A stretch of 64,000 bases of DNA from Octopus sinensis (Eukaryota), in contig NC_042999.1 of NCBI RefSeq assembly GCF_006345805.1, positions 29,574,001 through 29,638,000 of the forward strand. Reading direction: 5' to 3'. How positions within the stretch are numbered: position 1 is the first letter of the stretch; the number at the start of each line of letters is the position of its first letter. Shown in pieces: positions 39,494 to 52,569 of this stretch. Position numbers and translations under genes: made by a program. Below the pieces are notes generated by a model, which was given only the letters and a program-made list of their open reading frames with translations, made no database searches and was not told the origin of the DNA.

Positions 39494-40763
39494 CGAGGGG
39501 CGTTCAATGAGTAATGCCCCTGACCCACTTGCATTTGTTTGATCTAGTTGACATTTTGCATGTGCACGTATTCATACCTCTATGGATTAAGTGGCGAATT
39601 ACAGCTGTGAACTAATTGTGGTTTCTGATTTACAGGTGTTTGAACTGAGTCAAGTGTGAAATGGAGCCTGTTCAGTGTCGAGCAGTGATCTGGTTTTTGT
39701 ATTTGAAAGGACGCACACGACGGGAGACTTTTGATGAAATGAAAGTAACTTATGGTGATGATGCCCCATCATATGGCCTTGTAAAACGCTGGTATCGTGA
39801 ATTCAAACATGGTCGGAACTCTGTGGAAACAGCTCCCAGATCTGGTCGCCCCCTTCTGCCGTTGATGAGACGTCTGTCCGTTAAGTTGAGGCTGCCATTT
39901 TGGAAGGTCAACGCATAACTATTCGCCAAATAGCCCATAAGGTCAAGATTAGTACCGGGTCTGTGGAAACTATCATTCATGACCATTTGCATAAGTAAAA
40001 GGTGTCTGCCAGATGGATTTCCAGGTTGCTCTCCCCTTTCAAGAAGCAAGAACGCGTGGAGTGCTCGAGGAGGAATTTGGAGATGTGCCAAGAAGATGAG
40101 TCAAAATTTTTCAAAAGACTGATCACACAAGATAAAACCTGGGTCCATCACTATGATCCATAGACCAAAGCCCAGTCAATGCAGTGAAAGCACCGTGACT
40201 CACCTCCTCCAAAGAAGGCAAGGGTGCAGCCCTCCGCTGACAACGTTATGCTCACAGTCTTCTGGGACCAGGACGGAGTAGTGATGACAGATTTCCTGGC
40301 AAAGGGTACCACAAATACAGGAGCCTATTATGCTTCACTTTTGAGGAAATTAAGAGAAGCTATCAAAATCAAGAGGCAGGGCAAGATCAGCAAAGACATC
40401 CTCCTCCTGCAGGACAACGCTCCGGTCCACAACTCGCGTGTCGCCAGATCAGAAGCACAGGCGTGCAGCTATGAACTCCTCCCCTTGCACCCTTTGATTT
40501 TCACCTCTTCCCAGCCATGAAGTTGATTTTGAAAGGAAAGCGTTTCCCAGATGATGCAGCCTTGATTTCTGAAGTCACGTCGTGGTTGGAGGACCAAGCT
40601 GGGGTCTTCTACAAAAACGGTCTCCAGAGCTGTATCAAACGATGGGAGAAATGCATAACTCTGGGTAGTTCCTATGTAGGAAAAGCCTAATAACTGTGCC
40701 AAGTGTCGTTGCTCTACTGCTATGGGAAGTGGGTCAGGGGCATTACTTATTGAACGCCCCTCG
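39494..40763 (+). mobile_element. Full-length decayed mariner (DD34D) transposon
   Basis: 37-bp TIRs CGAGGGGCGTTCAAT(G/A)AGTAATGCCCCTGACCCACTT, TA duplications at 39492-39493 and 40764-40765, 1270 bp. Confidence 0.96.
39661..40690 (+). pseudogene. Mariner transposase pseudogene
   Basis: MEPVQCRAVIWFL, PRSGRP, QDKTWVHHYDP, MLTVFWDQDG, LQDNAPVH, FDFHLFP; several frameshifts and stops. Confidence 0.92.
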
Positions 40764-41613
40764 TATATTCTAACTAATACATATGTTTGTTGTTCATACA
40801 CGTCTTTGTCTATTTTTCTGTAAATTTCAGTTATATATGTGAGTGTGTGTGTGTGTGTATGTAGTGTTTGCGTGTACAAACTAACATGTGTGTGTTTATG
40901 TGTGTGTAGGTAAGCAACATTATTCCATGAAAACCAAATTGCAGCCGATTACATTCTCGTTCGAAAACATTTATCTTGGTCTCCTCGAGATGATTTTTAC
41001 CTACATCAGTTTCTTCATGGAGTTTCCTGCATTCCTTAGACTACAGGAATCCAATTATTACTTATCTTTCATTCTTCCTGTTGTCATCCGACTGACAAAA
41101 TACAAATTATTTTTTTCTGAATGGTATACATACAATGTACTCCTCAACTTACATTTCTTATATAACTCCGTCAATGAACTAAATATAATAAGAAAAAGAA
41201 ACAAACAAAAATGAAAAAAAAATGAATTAAATCCCCACTTCCGAAGATCTATTGTTTTGATGTGGCTATGACAACGTTTACGCAATGGTCACCGCAACGC
41301 ACGTTACTATACGTCTAACGCTGAAACGCAGGTAAACACGATATTTGTGATGTTATGTTGAAAAAAAAATTAAGTCACCTGATTTTTTCTTCACTCAGAT
41401 ATATATGTGTGTGAATGTGCGTGTGTGCGTGCCGCGCTCCTGTTTTATTTCCTTTCATTTCTACGGAGTATTTGATGTTAGCACTCACATGAAACATTTG
41501 TCTTTATATTTCTCTAGAAATATATGCTATTCATTTCACTAACTACGTTTAGTAATTTCAAACATAATTCCTTTATTGTATATACTTCATGCTATTATCA
41601 TTAGCAAGTGCAA

Positions 41614-41690
41614 GGCGGTGGTCTGGCAGAGTCGTTAGCACGCCAGCAAACTGTTTACCGGAATTTCTTCAGTTTTAATCTCATGTTCAG
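41614..41690 (+). mobile_element. SINE head fragment (1880 family)
   Basis: GGCGGTGGTCTGGCAGAGTCGTTAGCACGCC. Confidence 0.7.
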
Positions 41691-41989
41691 GCATTTTGCA
41701 AAATTTTTAAGCGATTATTATTAACATTTATTTGGCATCTTCAATATAGATGTATTCATATACACTCATTGGACTGTCACGTGATTCCTGTACTCTCTTT
41801 CTTTCCTCTTTCCCGATCCCTCCCCGCTTTTCAGAATCTAAACTGTAGTCTGGAGCAGAATATTTTCCGTTGCCCGTTTTCACAACAAAACATATTTATG
41901 ATAATACTTCAAAATCTGCTGAGAAAGGAAGATATAAGGAGCTTGAGAAAAAGGCTTGTCAAGCTCTTTATAAAATGACAGGATCTACA

Positions 41990-42870
41990 TAGGAGAAACT
42001 GAGAAAGATAACATGTACGGTACATGAAAGTAGTTGTATAGAGTGAATCATAGTAGCCGTTTAGCGAAAGGAAATTGCGTACTAAGCAGGAAGTTCAGGC
42101 AAATGAAACAGTTGAGGAAGGAAAAGTACAGCCTGAGAAAGTGATGGTAATGTGCTACGGAAGTCGAAAAACCTGGCCTAGTACTGCTGTACGAAGATTT
42201 AAAAAGGAAATGTGATTGTGTGCAACGACATATCCGCCGATATAAGTAAAGAAAACAAAGTAAAAGGACTCGGAAACAGTTTTTGCGGGACCCATAGGGG
42301 GTTACTAAGAAGCCATTCACTGAACTGAAGAGCAGCACATTTCCTTCGCAAAAGAAGACAGCTGTGACGCGAAGAGACTCTAACAGAGGATTGGTTTAAG
42401 GCAGAGACGATAAAACAGTTTAGGCCAATATCTTCATTGAATGTGGAGAGCAAGATCATTATGGGAATTCTCTCAAGGAAAACAGTGGCATATTTACAGA
42501 GTAATGGATTTGTTGTTGAATCCGTTTCAAAGGACGGAATCCCTTAAATCTCCGGATTTCTTGAGCAATTATTTCAATTTGGGAATCTATCCAGGATGCC
42601 CAACAGAGAAAGACACTCTGAAGGTGGTATAGTTTGTCCTATCTAATGCATATGGTTCAGTGCCACATGAATTACTGATGAGGGCTGTAGACCACTTACA
42701 CATTCCGGAGAAAGTATCAAATTTAATGCAGATATATTATGACAGTTTCGAGATGAGATTCACAATTAGAGATTTTAAAACTGATTGGTGCCGATTGGAG
42801 ATTGGCACTTATGCTGGCTACAAAAATCTGTCACATGGTTTATCTTGGTCATGGAGTTGGTTTTGGCCTC
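41990..42870 (+). mobile_element. Decayed RT fragment of an RLE-type LINE (HERO/NeSL-like)
   Basis: KQFRPISSLNVESK, SNAYGSVPHELL, TDWCRLEIG. Confidence 0.75.
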
Positions 42871-42879
42871 TGTCCTTGT

Positions 42880-43800
42880 AACCGTTATTATTATTATCAT
42901 TATTATTATTATTATGATGATGATGATGATGCTGATCATCATCATCATCATCATCATCATCATTATTATTATTTTCTCTTTATCATGGGATTTGCTGGAG
43001 CACCTGCAGTCTTGCATACGTAGAAGGCTTACTACTTGCAGTCTACGGTTCGATGCTATTCGTTCTTTGCTACTCTCGAATGATTTCCTCATTATACAGG
43101 GCCTACAAAGGAGGCAAAACTTTTGTAACAGTTCTACTAACCACTCTATTCCAGTTCCTTTTATATTCCTACTAACGCCTTCTGATCCTGCTCTCAAGAA
43201 CCACAAAATAATGTTCACTATTTTCACATTCTTCATTTCCCATAATCTGGCAATTTCGTATTTACGAGGAATGAATCTGTCTATCTTTTCGCCTTCCTCC
43301 TTAGCCATTCGTGGGTCAAAGAGGCATGCGACATAAGCTATATAAAATATGCGATGCACGTTGTCCAACACTACTAGATGTGTTATGCTCTAGCACCTGA
43401 TCTAGTTCGGAGTGGGAACTCTCAGACGATATTCTTTGTGTGCGACTACGCCACTCTCTGTCATTTGTGCTCATACCACGTCGTGCCTCGCTCTAGCCCC
43501 CAGCTTTCGCAGCACTTTCACGACCTGGTCGTGTCGCCACAACTTGTAGTGTTTTGGGCTAGTCCAGAGCTTTCGTTTGTGTTATGAGCAATGGTTTAAC
43601 CCGGTTTATTGCAGATGCAGCACAGCGAAGGCACTTGCTCATTCCTAAGGTTGACACTCTAATCCGTGGCCAAAGCTTGGTTTTGCGCTGCCAATACAGT
43701 TCTCACAGTCTCTTTGTTTATTGTTCCTTTCATCAGACAACCGACTTACCCACCCTATATAATTGTTGGCCTCGTTCTAAAACTTAAAGCCGTCAAGAGT
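42880..43800 (-). mobile_element. 3' fragment of an R4/Dong-like LINE (zinc knuckle + RLE) with (TAA/TGA)n tail
   Basis: AAQNQAL, CCIC..TIAH, WRHDQV, KEEGEKI..EIARLW, LQK..LL; tail at 42885-42970. Confidence 0.8.
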
Positions 43801-45734
43801 GTTACATTATAAATCTTTTACATAATATGCACGCTTGCAGTATATGTTACAGTTTAGAGAAGAATAGGAGCTGATATCCGATACCCCATTGTTACACATT
43901 GACTGTTACTGATAGAAATACAATATTTCTTCACATTTTTAATATTAAATCAACGTATATTGAGATATCCCTTACTCCGTGTAGGAAAAAAAGTCAATAT
44001 AAAATGATAACTGTTATACAGAGGTAAATTTTTCCTTCTGCCTAGATTTCACAACCATCTATAAAATTTTACAATCACCAATATCTGTTAGAGATTGTCT
44101 GGTTTATAATTACACTAGTTATTTGAAATGGTTAAATAGTTAACATAATTTCGTAGCTAAACGTTTGGAGCTTTCTAGCAAATGATCCAGTCCTAACCGT
44201 TTATATACGCCATGTCTAATCATTCCGATCAATCTATTTATTCAATGAGCTTTAGTGTAAAGCTTGAACTTGATTAGCCATTAAAGCCAAATCGTATTCT
44301 CAGGAAACCGCTACTGTGGTATTTTATAAAATGTGTCGTGATTCATTTTAATCCTGTTTTTTCTGTGGAGTTCTTGATATACCTTCAATATCTTCCCTGT
44401 ACATCCCATTAATTTTTGTATACATCATTCCCTTTAAATTCACAATAAATCCGTTTCGTTATCGTAGCATTTGAATGTAGTCACATCATTCTTTGCACAG
44501 AATTGTTTACAGATCTTTCTTCATCATCCACAAAGACAGAATGTAGTTTTCTCCTTTTATTTTTTCACTTCATATTAAAAACAAAAACAAGAAAACTCAG
44601 CAAGAAAAAAGCCTGCCTTTAATTAAAGTATTATATACATTCTTAGGATGTCTATTTTGTTTTGCTGCTTCTCGCTTCTGTTTTATTTTTTGCCCAATTC
44701 AATTTTCCATCATTATACCGCACGAGTGCATTAATCACTGACAACATTTATTAAACAGCTAGAAGTTTGGTGTCAAATATTGTATACATTTATCAATTAG
44801 TTTGTTTTCACTTTCCTCGTCACTATATTGACATCATTCCATACATCTTCAGTATATGTATTCAGTGAGAGCAGGTCATAACTCGCTTCTTCTCACTTGT
44901 TTATTACTGTAAGTGCGACCGCTTCCCCCCACCTACTCATAGAATAGGCTGCATTTTTTAATAGGTCAATCTTCTTTCTAATATCGCTGGGGCTCACCAT
45001 TACATTAATGAGTTAATAGGTTTTACCTTTCCGTTTTGGAAATTTCAAGTCATCCATAATGAAAGCATAAGAGAATATTTTAAAAAAGACGCATCGTTTT
45101 GTTTATTATAATCAATTCTTATTTAAAGAGTCGTTGAAGTGTGTGTTTATTAACGTGAATGATGTCGAAAATGTAAGCTTCCTTTCCTATTTGCATTTTT
45201 TGTGCTGTCATTGCTAAAGTTTTCCTAGCTTACATGTGACAGAAATAGTCACCTATAGGTACGTCTCTACTGAATTAAACGTGATCATCATCATTCCCTC
45301 ACAGAATGGCTATTGCCATACATTTAAGCGTTGCTAGGGTATATAACTCTTCGTAAACCATACTTTTTCTTTGTGTCCGTCAAACTTCTTCACTTGATCT
45401 GTATTATTTCTACAAGTATGCTGATATGTATGACTGTAAATTAAAAGAAATTGGTGTGCTAGAATGAGATCCAAATGTGAATTCAGGCTTCCATGCGTTT
45501 ATATCTAAAATCTTTCTGCTGTCAACTGCCCTTTCATTCTACGGATTCAGCCAAGAACGCATGTGTTTTGCACCGTTCAGCAGTGAAACTTTGAAAATGC
45601 CTGAAAGGTAATCTTGCACTCTCTCTAGAATTTCAATATTTTCTGCTTTATAAATTCTCTCTTTTATTGTTCGGGGTAAAGGGGCCCTGTATGACGATTG
45701 TTGTTGATTCAACAACATCATGTCTAAACGGTAT

Positions 45735-46042
45735 GACGTTGTGTGGCTTAGTGGTTAGGGTAATCGTCTTCTGAACATGGTGTCTTGATTTCGATTCCCT
45801 TTAGGACATTGTGTCATTGAGAGAGACACTTTTTCCTGTCGTTCCGGCCCACAAACCACGAAAAATGAATTGCATGTGTAATTCAAAGGGCCCATTATGT
45901 CAAATTCTGTGTCCCGTTCAATCTCCACGAGAGCGACGTTAAGGGAACGCCTGTCTGTGGAGTGCTCAGACACTTGTACGTTAATTTCACGAGTCGTGAT
46001 CCTTTGAAATCTATCCCTCGTCGTCGTAACCGATGGAATGCC
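45735..46042 (+). mobile_element. tRNA-derived SINE (24861 family)
   Basis: GTGGCTTAGTGGTTAGGG head, TGTGGAGTGCTCAG..CGTTAATTTCACGAG, CCCTCGTCGTCGTAACCGA tail. Confidence 0.85.
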
Positions 46043-46929
46043 AAGTTTTTTTCATTCCAAAAGAAAAAAAATGCTACTTTTATCATTGCCGTATGAATCA
46101 GTTCATAACTTTTAGCGGAACGAAAAAATAATATTATTCAAAAAAAAAAAACATAAAAAACATTGATTTCGAATTAAAAAACATTACATAAAGTCAAATA
46201 CTAAGAAATTGGTACACAGTCGAGGATTTTATAATTTCATCCGTGCCATGTATAATATTCCGTGATTTTTTAGGTATTTAGATAGAATGAACTAGAAAAT
46301 GAATAATTCTTTGAGCAACATATAAAGTCAATAGAAGAAAACGATATGGATAAAACATAATCTTCCTTTCATATCACGAAAGAAACCCTGATATTTGGAA
46401 TTTCAATCGGATATCTGTGACTTAATATTTTAAGTACATTTTTGGTCATTGAAAAAGAAGAAAATTAAGTAAGGAATTTTGTATTTCTTCGCGGTCGATA
46501 TTGATTTGTATTTAAAAGATTGTTGACTGTGTATCATAGCATTCATTCGTTGTGATCCGTCTCTTTTTAAACTTAACAGCTAAACAAAGACCATTATCCA
46601 TTGTAGTTACTTTATTTACACAACTGCAACGATTTAGAGTAAATTCGATAATCACACACACATTATCAGTTAAATCAATCAGACAAAGCAACACTCTGCT
46701 AAATGTAAATTATTCAAATTCAAAGAAGAAGAAAAAAATCTTAAATATTTATCTACTAAACACGCAAAGGAAGAAATTATCAAAGCATAAGATAAAATAA
46801 ATAATGCACAATAAAAAAATATGCCTACGTTCTGTATCTTATACATCCCGAAAGAAACATGTAACTCTCTACTTGCATATATAACGATTTCGAAGTCTTC
46901 AAATAAAAATGTTAAAATATTGGGGGGTC

Positions 46930-46975
<46 letters not shown>

Positions 46976-47102
46976 TTTCAACAATATTAAGGAATGGCCT
47001 TGATAGGCCAATCGACCCACTAGAAAGAGCAGCTGAACTCAAACAGCTAAATAGTTGTAATTCAGAAACCAAAGGAAAATAAAAACAGTTTTACCCTTAT
47101 CA

Positions 47103-47200
47103 TCTTTGGACTATGCATAGTTTCGACATACATATTGGCAAACCGATTTAATTTAATTAAATTAAATCTGTTTGCTACTGGCCTGTCTCGTCAGCAAAGA
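47103..47200 (-). ncRNA. Canonical type I hammerhead ribozyme candidate
   Basis: Stem I TCTTTG/CAAAGA, core CTGACGA, stem II GACA/TGTC extended by a hairpin of about 17 bp, GAAAC, palindromic stem III ACTATGCATAGT, GUC cleavage triplet. Confidence 0.88.
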
Positions 47201-47496
47201 AGCCAGGGAAATATATATCCACGAGACGACAGCATCGACGCCTCGAGAATATATATTCTAAATTTTCATAATCTACCGTCACCGCGCCAACTTATCAGCA
47301 GCAAATATAAACTGCTGATTTAATTTCAGAATTAGCCAAAAATCATTAATTAATCAATATCAGGATAGCAAAAAATTCAAGAGAAATTATATATATATAT
47401 ATATTCAAGAGAAATTACATATATATATACCGCAATAAACACATAAATGTGAAACAAGGTGGAAAAAGAGTACTCAAATACCAGTGGTAGAGTAAT

Positions 47497-47659
47497 ATGC
47501 TTTATTTAAAGCAGCAGAAGATTCAACAAAACCTGTTACTCTGAGTTTCCCGTTGCCGTTCATCGGACAGTTTTTGCTAGCAAAAACTCTCCGATGAACG
47601 GCAACGGAAACTCAGAGTAACAGGTTTTGTTGAATTTTCTGCTGCTTTAAATAAAGTAT
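47497..47659. repeat. Spacerless palindrome of about 160 bp carrying an HHR-like motif in each arm (PLE pLTR fold-back)
   Basis: Centre GCTAGC, about 4 differences between arms. Plus arm reads CCGATGA-A-CG-GCAA-CG-GAAAC-TCAGA-GTA-ACAGG. Confidence 0.9.
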
Positions 47660-47671
47660 ATATATATATAT

Positions 47672-47972
47672 ATCACCGTGATCACCGTGACCGACCAGGC
47701 TATCTGATGTTGTTACACATCGCTAGTCACAATGCGTATCGAATTGTTTTAGCCTTCAAATGACGCCACCCCGCTGGCTAAGCGAGCAGGCCAACAGAAG
47801 AAAGTTGCGGCAAAAGAGTAGAGCAGGTATCGCCACCATTGCCCTGCCGGAGCCTCGTGGAGCTTTTAGGTGATTTCGCTCAATAAACACTCACAATGCC
47901 TAGTGTAGGAATCGAAACCGTGATCCTATGACAGCGAGTCCGCTGCCCTAACAACAGGGCCATTGCGCCTCC
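47672..47972 (-). mobile_element. tRNA-derived SINE (5969 family)
   Basis: Colinear with 5969-6271. Confidence 0.92.
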
Positions 47973-47983
47973 ACAGACACACG

Positions 47984-48021
<38 letters not shown>

Positions 48022-48919
48022 GTTAATCCAAACATGAAAACACAAAGAGAAAACAACAACGCGAGGACGTGGAACAAGTATAGTATTATTGGACGCTCAG
48101 GAAAGAAGGAAAGAAGGAGGGCAGAGCTCTTCGTCAGAAACATAGGAAAGGGAAAGATCCAAAGAAGGGGAGACGGAGGAAAAAATCGCCAACGGGAGAA
48201 CGTGGTCACATTTTGAATATATATATATATATATATACTAATCAACAGTATAATATTTGGAAGTGAAAATTTACAGCAATATAAATAGTTCATTACAACA
48301 GAAACATTAAAATGCTGATTAGTACTTCTCACACTGAAGCTGGCCGCAATTTGACGGTAAACAATTAAAGACTCCAACAGATTTCAACCTGGCACATACA
48401 GGTAGAATTTCAAAACGTAGTGGGGAAGGTAGATTTTTTTATATCAAACCAGAAACCGGTACACATATATATTTGTATCGTTACAAATACAGATTTATGT
48501 GATATTGGTATCTGAGAGTCTTTTTCGACCTGCTAGTTGAATATGTGGCTTTCAGTGCTAACATTTACTGGTCCAAATAATGGTTTTGATTCTTATTTCT
48601 AGGGAGTAGATACATTAATGTGTACTTATGGTAATTATATATATATATACAAGGATTTCTTGCATAAAATGATAGAAAACCAAGGTTGTGTAGATATTAG
48701 AGCGTTTATAGATATAAATGTTCTAATATCTATACAGCGTTGATTTATTTTATCTTATTACGCCAAACATTCTTATATACACACGATGACATAGAACCAA
48801 AGTTGCACCCATTCTTCGCAATACTACCGAGTCTGAACTTAACTATAGTCTGTCTATAGCATTTATTCAGCAGTACCTGGCACCTTTCGGTCTCAATGAG
48901 ACTATTGAGACTATTATCT

Positions 48920-49122
<203 letters not shown>

Positions 49123-49374
49123 ACCCATGTAATTTCAAAGTAATGTGATTAAAATCCAAAATAAGTAACAAGGATATCCAGAGGTAATTCAGTACGATCG
49201 TTTCAAGCAACTCGATCTAATTGAACAATGCAATTATTACATCATTTTAAATGTAGAACAATCCTCAACTGCATGAAAGGCAAAGAATTTAATTAAATTA
49301 CAACAGATGGACACATTAGTATAGCTTTACCTATTGTGTGTATATGTGTTTCGTTCTTCAGCATGACAGTTTAT

Positions 49375-49408
<34 letters not shown>

Positions 49409-49409
49409 A

Positions 49410-49508
49410 TGATCTGTCATGCTGAAGAACGAAGCACACTGCCTCCGTCCGTAAAGCGAACTCACTACCTCGTGATTGTGAGCCTGACGATCTAACCACT
49501 GAGCCATG
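49410..49508 (-). mobile_element. SINE tRNA-head fragment
   Basis: GGCTCAGTGGTTAGATCGTC..GAGGTAGTGAGTTCG. Confidence 0.7.
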
Positions 49509-50273
49509 GTTGTTATCAACTTAATTCCTTCCCCGAAATTTCAGGCGTTCTCACACAATTTAGAACCAATTTTATTTATAAAAATGTAAGAGACTATATG
49601 TGCTGACAAAAAATATGCGTAAGGAACAATCGTTGCCTTGACAAATAAATTTGGTATTTCTACAAATTAAAACCATATCCCATGTGAATATTGTTATATT
49701 AGTTAATAAAAACTGATTCTCAAGGGATCGCCGGACATTTAAAACACCATATACTTAATTTTATTGAAATTATGATAAAATAATACAAATAAAGGTCAAT
49801 TAAATTAAAATAAGTAACTAAAAAGAAAATTATATATCCTACAGCTTAATTAAAATAAGTTAATAACTGCAAAATTCCCAACTTAAAGCGTGTACCAGTA
49901 ACGTAACTTGATAACAATAACGAAAGCAAAATTTGCTACAATAATGATGATGATGATGGTGATGACGATGGATTTCAATCACAAAATGCATGTTAAATGG
50001 AAAATTTTGAAAGGGAATCACGTAATAAAAAAAAAAGTAAAACAGGATGCTTTCGAAAGGTTACATCTATGATATTTATGGAGATGCAGCTAATTTGATA
50101 ATTGTACAGAAATGACTCATGCTTCATTATATTTACAAACTTATTTCTTTTGCTCTAAATAAACAGGCACACACACACACACACACACGCACGCATGCAC
50201 GTACACAGGCACACACAAACACGCACACACACACACGTATCTATTTATGTTTGTATACGTGAACACATACATA

Positions 50274-51156
50274 CGTGGTCTGAGCAATAATTATTAGGTG
50301 TGTTGCCTTAGTAACGAACCTAATATATGCAGAGTAAAGCCGCTTGGCACATATTTGCCTTGAATAATCATGTACATGCGCACTAAGTTTAAACGTTCTA
50401 GCTCACATCTGCTCTTAACAGAAGTGTTTGGAATTGACGTGTATATTTTGTAATCGTCGTTTTGGACATGACAGAACGTTGAGCAGAAAAGCTACATTAA
50501 ATTTTATAAACTGCATGGTGATACCTGTTCAGAGGCCTACGGAAATTTCTTAAAATATTCTCATCTTTTTCGACCCAGGTAATATATTACTTGTACAACT
50601 GAAACCCGAGTGTTTATTTGGTCACTGAAAAGCAGTTTTGCCCTAAACTTGTCGGGCACTAGTCTCATAACTAAAACTTCAGTGATAACGGACGGAACTG
50701 AACCGCAACTAGTCTTTACATCTTTTGATATCACACGGATGCTGATTCGATGATTCCCCCCACATATGCGCACACATCTGCGATTTTTTTCTCGGTTCTG
50801 CAGGTCTTCCAGAATGTGTATCTCTATCGATATTTCTTCGGCTAATTTGTAAATGTCTGAAACACTCCTACACTTGAAGGTGGCTCATAACACATCTCCA
50901 TACACTGTCTGCAACTTTGCGTAGGCCTCTGAGCAGGTATCTCCATGACAACGTTCTCTACCATGGTCAATGCAACGATAACACGCTACACATGTTAATT
51001 CCAAACAGTACTGAAAATAGCGGAAGTGCGCTAGAATGTTAAAACTTAGCCCAAGTGCCGGAATTGTTCAAGGTCAATATATTCCAAGTGGCTATATTGT
51101 GCGGGCTTTAGCTTCCACTTTAAGTCAGCAAACTCGATATATTTGATCAGACTACA
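50274..51156. mobile_element. Mariner derivative made of two 5' halves in inverted orientation
   Basis: Both ends have TA + TIR-like (C/T)GT(G/A)GTCTGA + homologous 5' UTR + CATGG.GATACCTG.TCAGAGGCCTACG. HTH-region coding remnant lies on the minus strand at 50560-50960. Confidence 0.7.
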
Positions 51157-51192
51157 TATACACACACACATACATACATACATATATATATT

Positions 51193-51236
<44 letters not shown>

Positions 51237-51312
51237 TGTGTGTGTATGTATATATATATATATATACGCATACATACATATACATATACATGTATATATA
51301 TATATATAATAT

Positions 51313-51391
<79 letters not shown>

Positions 51392-51396
<5 letters not shown>

Positions 51397-51774
51397 ATAT
51401 AAACGGCAGTTTGTCTGTGCGTGTTTCTGTGTGTCTGTTTGCTTGTACCCTCACTCTGACCACGGCTTTCAACCGATTCTGATGAAACTTGACACACACA
51501 TAGCCCAATATCATAATTCAAAACTAACGCAGCGAAAATTTTGAAAAGTTCCCCCAGTTCTGAAAAAAATCGATAAATTCGACATGGGGTCGAGAATAAA
51601 AAAAAAACAAACCACAGACTGTCTAGGGGACGCAACTCAACCTTTTTTTACTCTCAAAAAAAATTTACCATCATTTTTCTTCCATTTTTTTGCTATATTT
51701 TGGCTATAACTCTCTAAAAATGCTTTATAGTTATTTCCCTTACAAACCTGAGCAACGCCGGGCGATACTGCTAG
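51392..51774 (+). mobile_element. Non-autonomous Helitron
   Basis: A|TC start, 3' hairpin CCTGAGCAACGCCGGG, CTAG|T end. Confidence 0.88.
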
Positions 51775-52018
51775 TATATAATAAATAAATAAAATACATG
51801 CATACATACAAACATATTTGTACGTACCTAGATCTACATGTATATATACATGCATATATGAATATATATACGTACAGGACACCACAAAAAGACGTAGGAC
51901 TCAACAGAAACGAAAACGTAAAAGCCATTTTTTTACAAAAGAAAGACAGAGACGTGAAACAGGACGAGAACGAAAACGGGAAAAACATTATTTACAACAG
52001 AAAAACAAGGTACAGGAC

Positions 52019-52114
<96 letters not shown>

Positions 52115-52204
52115 TGTGTACGTATCTATACTTATATACATATATATATATGAGAGTATTGTAGTTCGCTTGAACATTGTGTATTGTTTGTAAAGATTAA
52201 GACT

Positions 52205-52447
52205 TTTGAATGGTACAACAATGCCCTATAATATAGACAATGGCCTATCTACCTTTTGTAATTTAGTCATCTAATCTCAGAATGAAAAAACAATATCCTT
52301 TAGAGACCGATTACAGCAGCGACTCCATCTAGGAGTATTTCAAGAAGGTATATTATTCTGAAATATCATATCAGACTATTGATGACTAAATTAGAACAGG
52401 TATATAGCCCGTTGTCTATATTATAGTGCATTGTTGTACCATTCGAA
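52205..52447. repeat. Inverted repeat (about 70-bp arms, about 100-nt spacer)
   Basis: GAATGGTACAACAATGC.CTATAATATAGACAA... versus its reverse complement at 52378-52447. Confidence 0.85.
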
Positions 52448-52569
52448 ACATTTTATTCTTTATGAAATAGAAAATTTGAAGATTTATCCTAACATTCAAC
52501 ACTAAACGTAATGGTGAAAATAAGATAATAGCGATAAATACGCTAGTCATACGAGTTTTAAATTGCCCC

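Noticed and set aside
41235-41340. CCGAAGA...GAAAC-GCAG-GTA as a hammerhead
   Set aside because: Only about 2 bp of stem I and no convincing stem II.
48090-48145. CTGACGA-A-GAGCTC (minus) hammerhead 5' half
   Set aside because: No GAAA half follows; at most a deleted relic.
48370-48425. ACCTG/CAGGT stem followed by TGAAAT-CT-GTT (minus)
   Set aside because: The CUGANGA core is unrecognisable.
48883-48900. GTCTC/GAGAC stem plus CGAAA (minus)
   Set aside because: Core and stem I are absent; too short to support.
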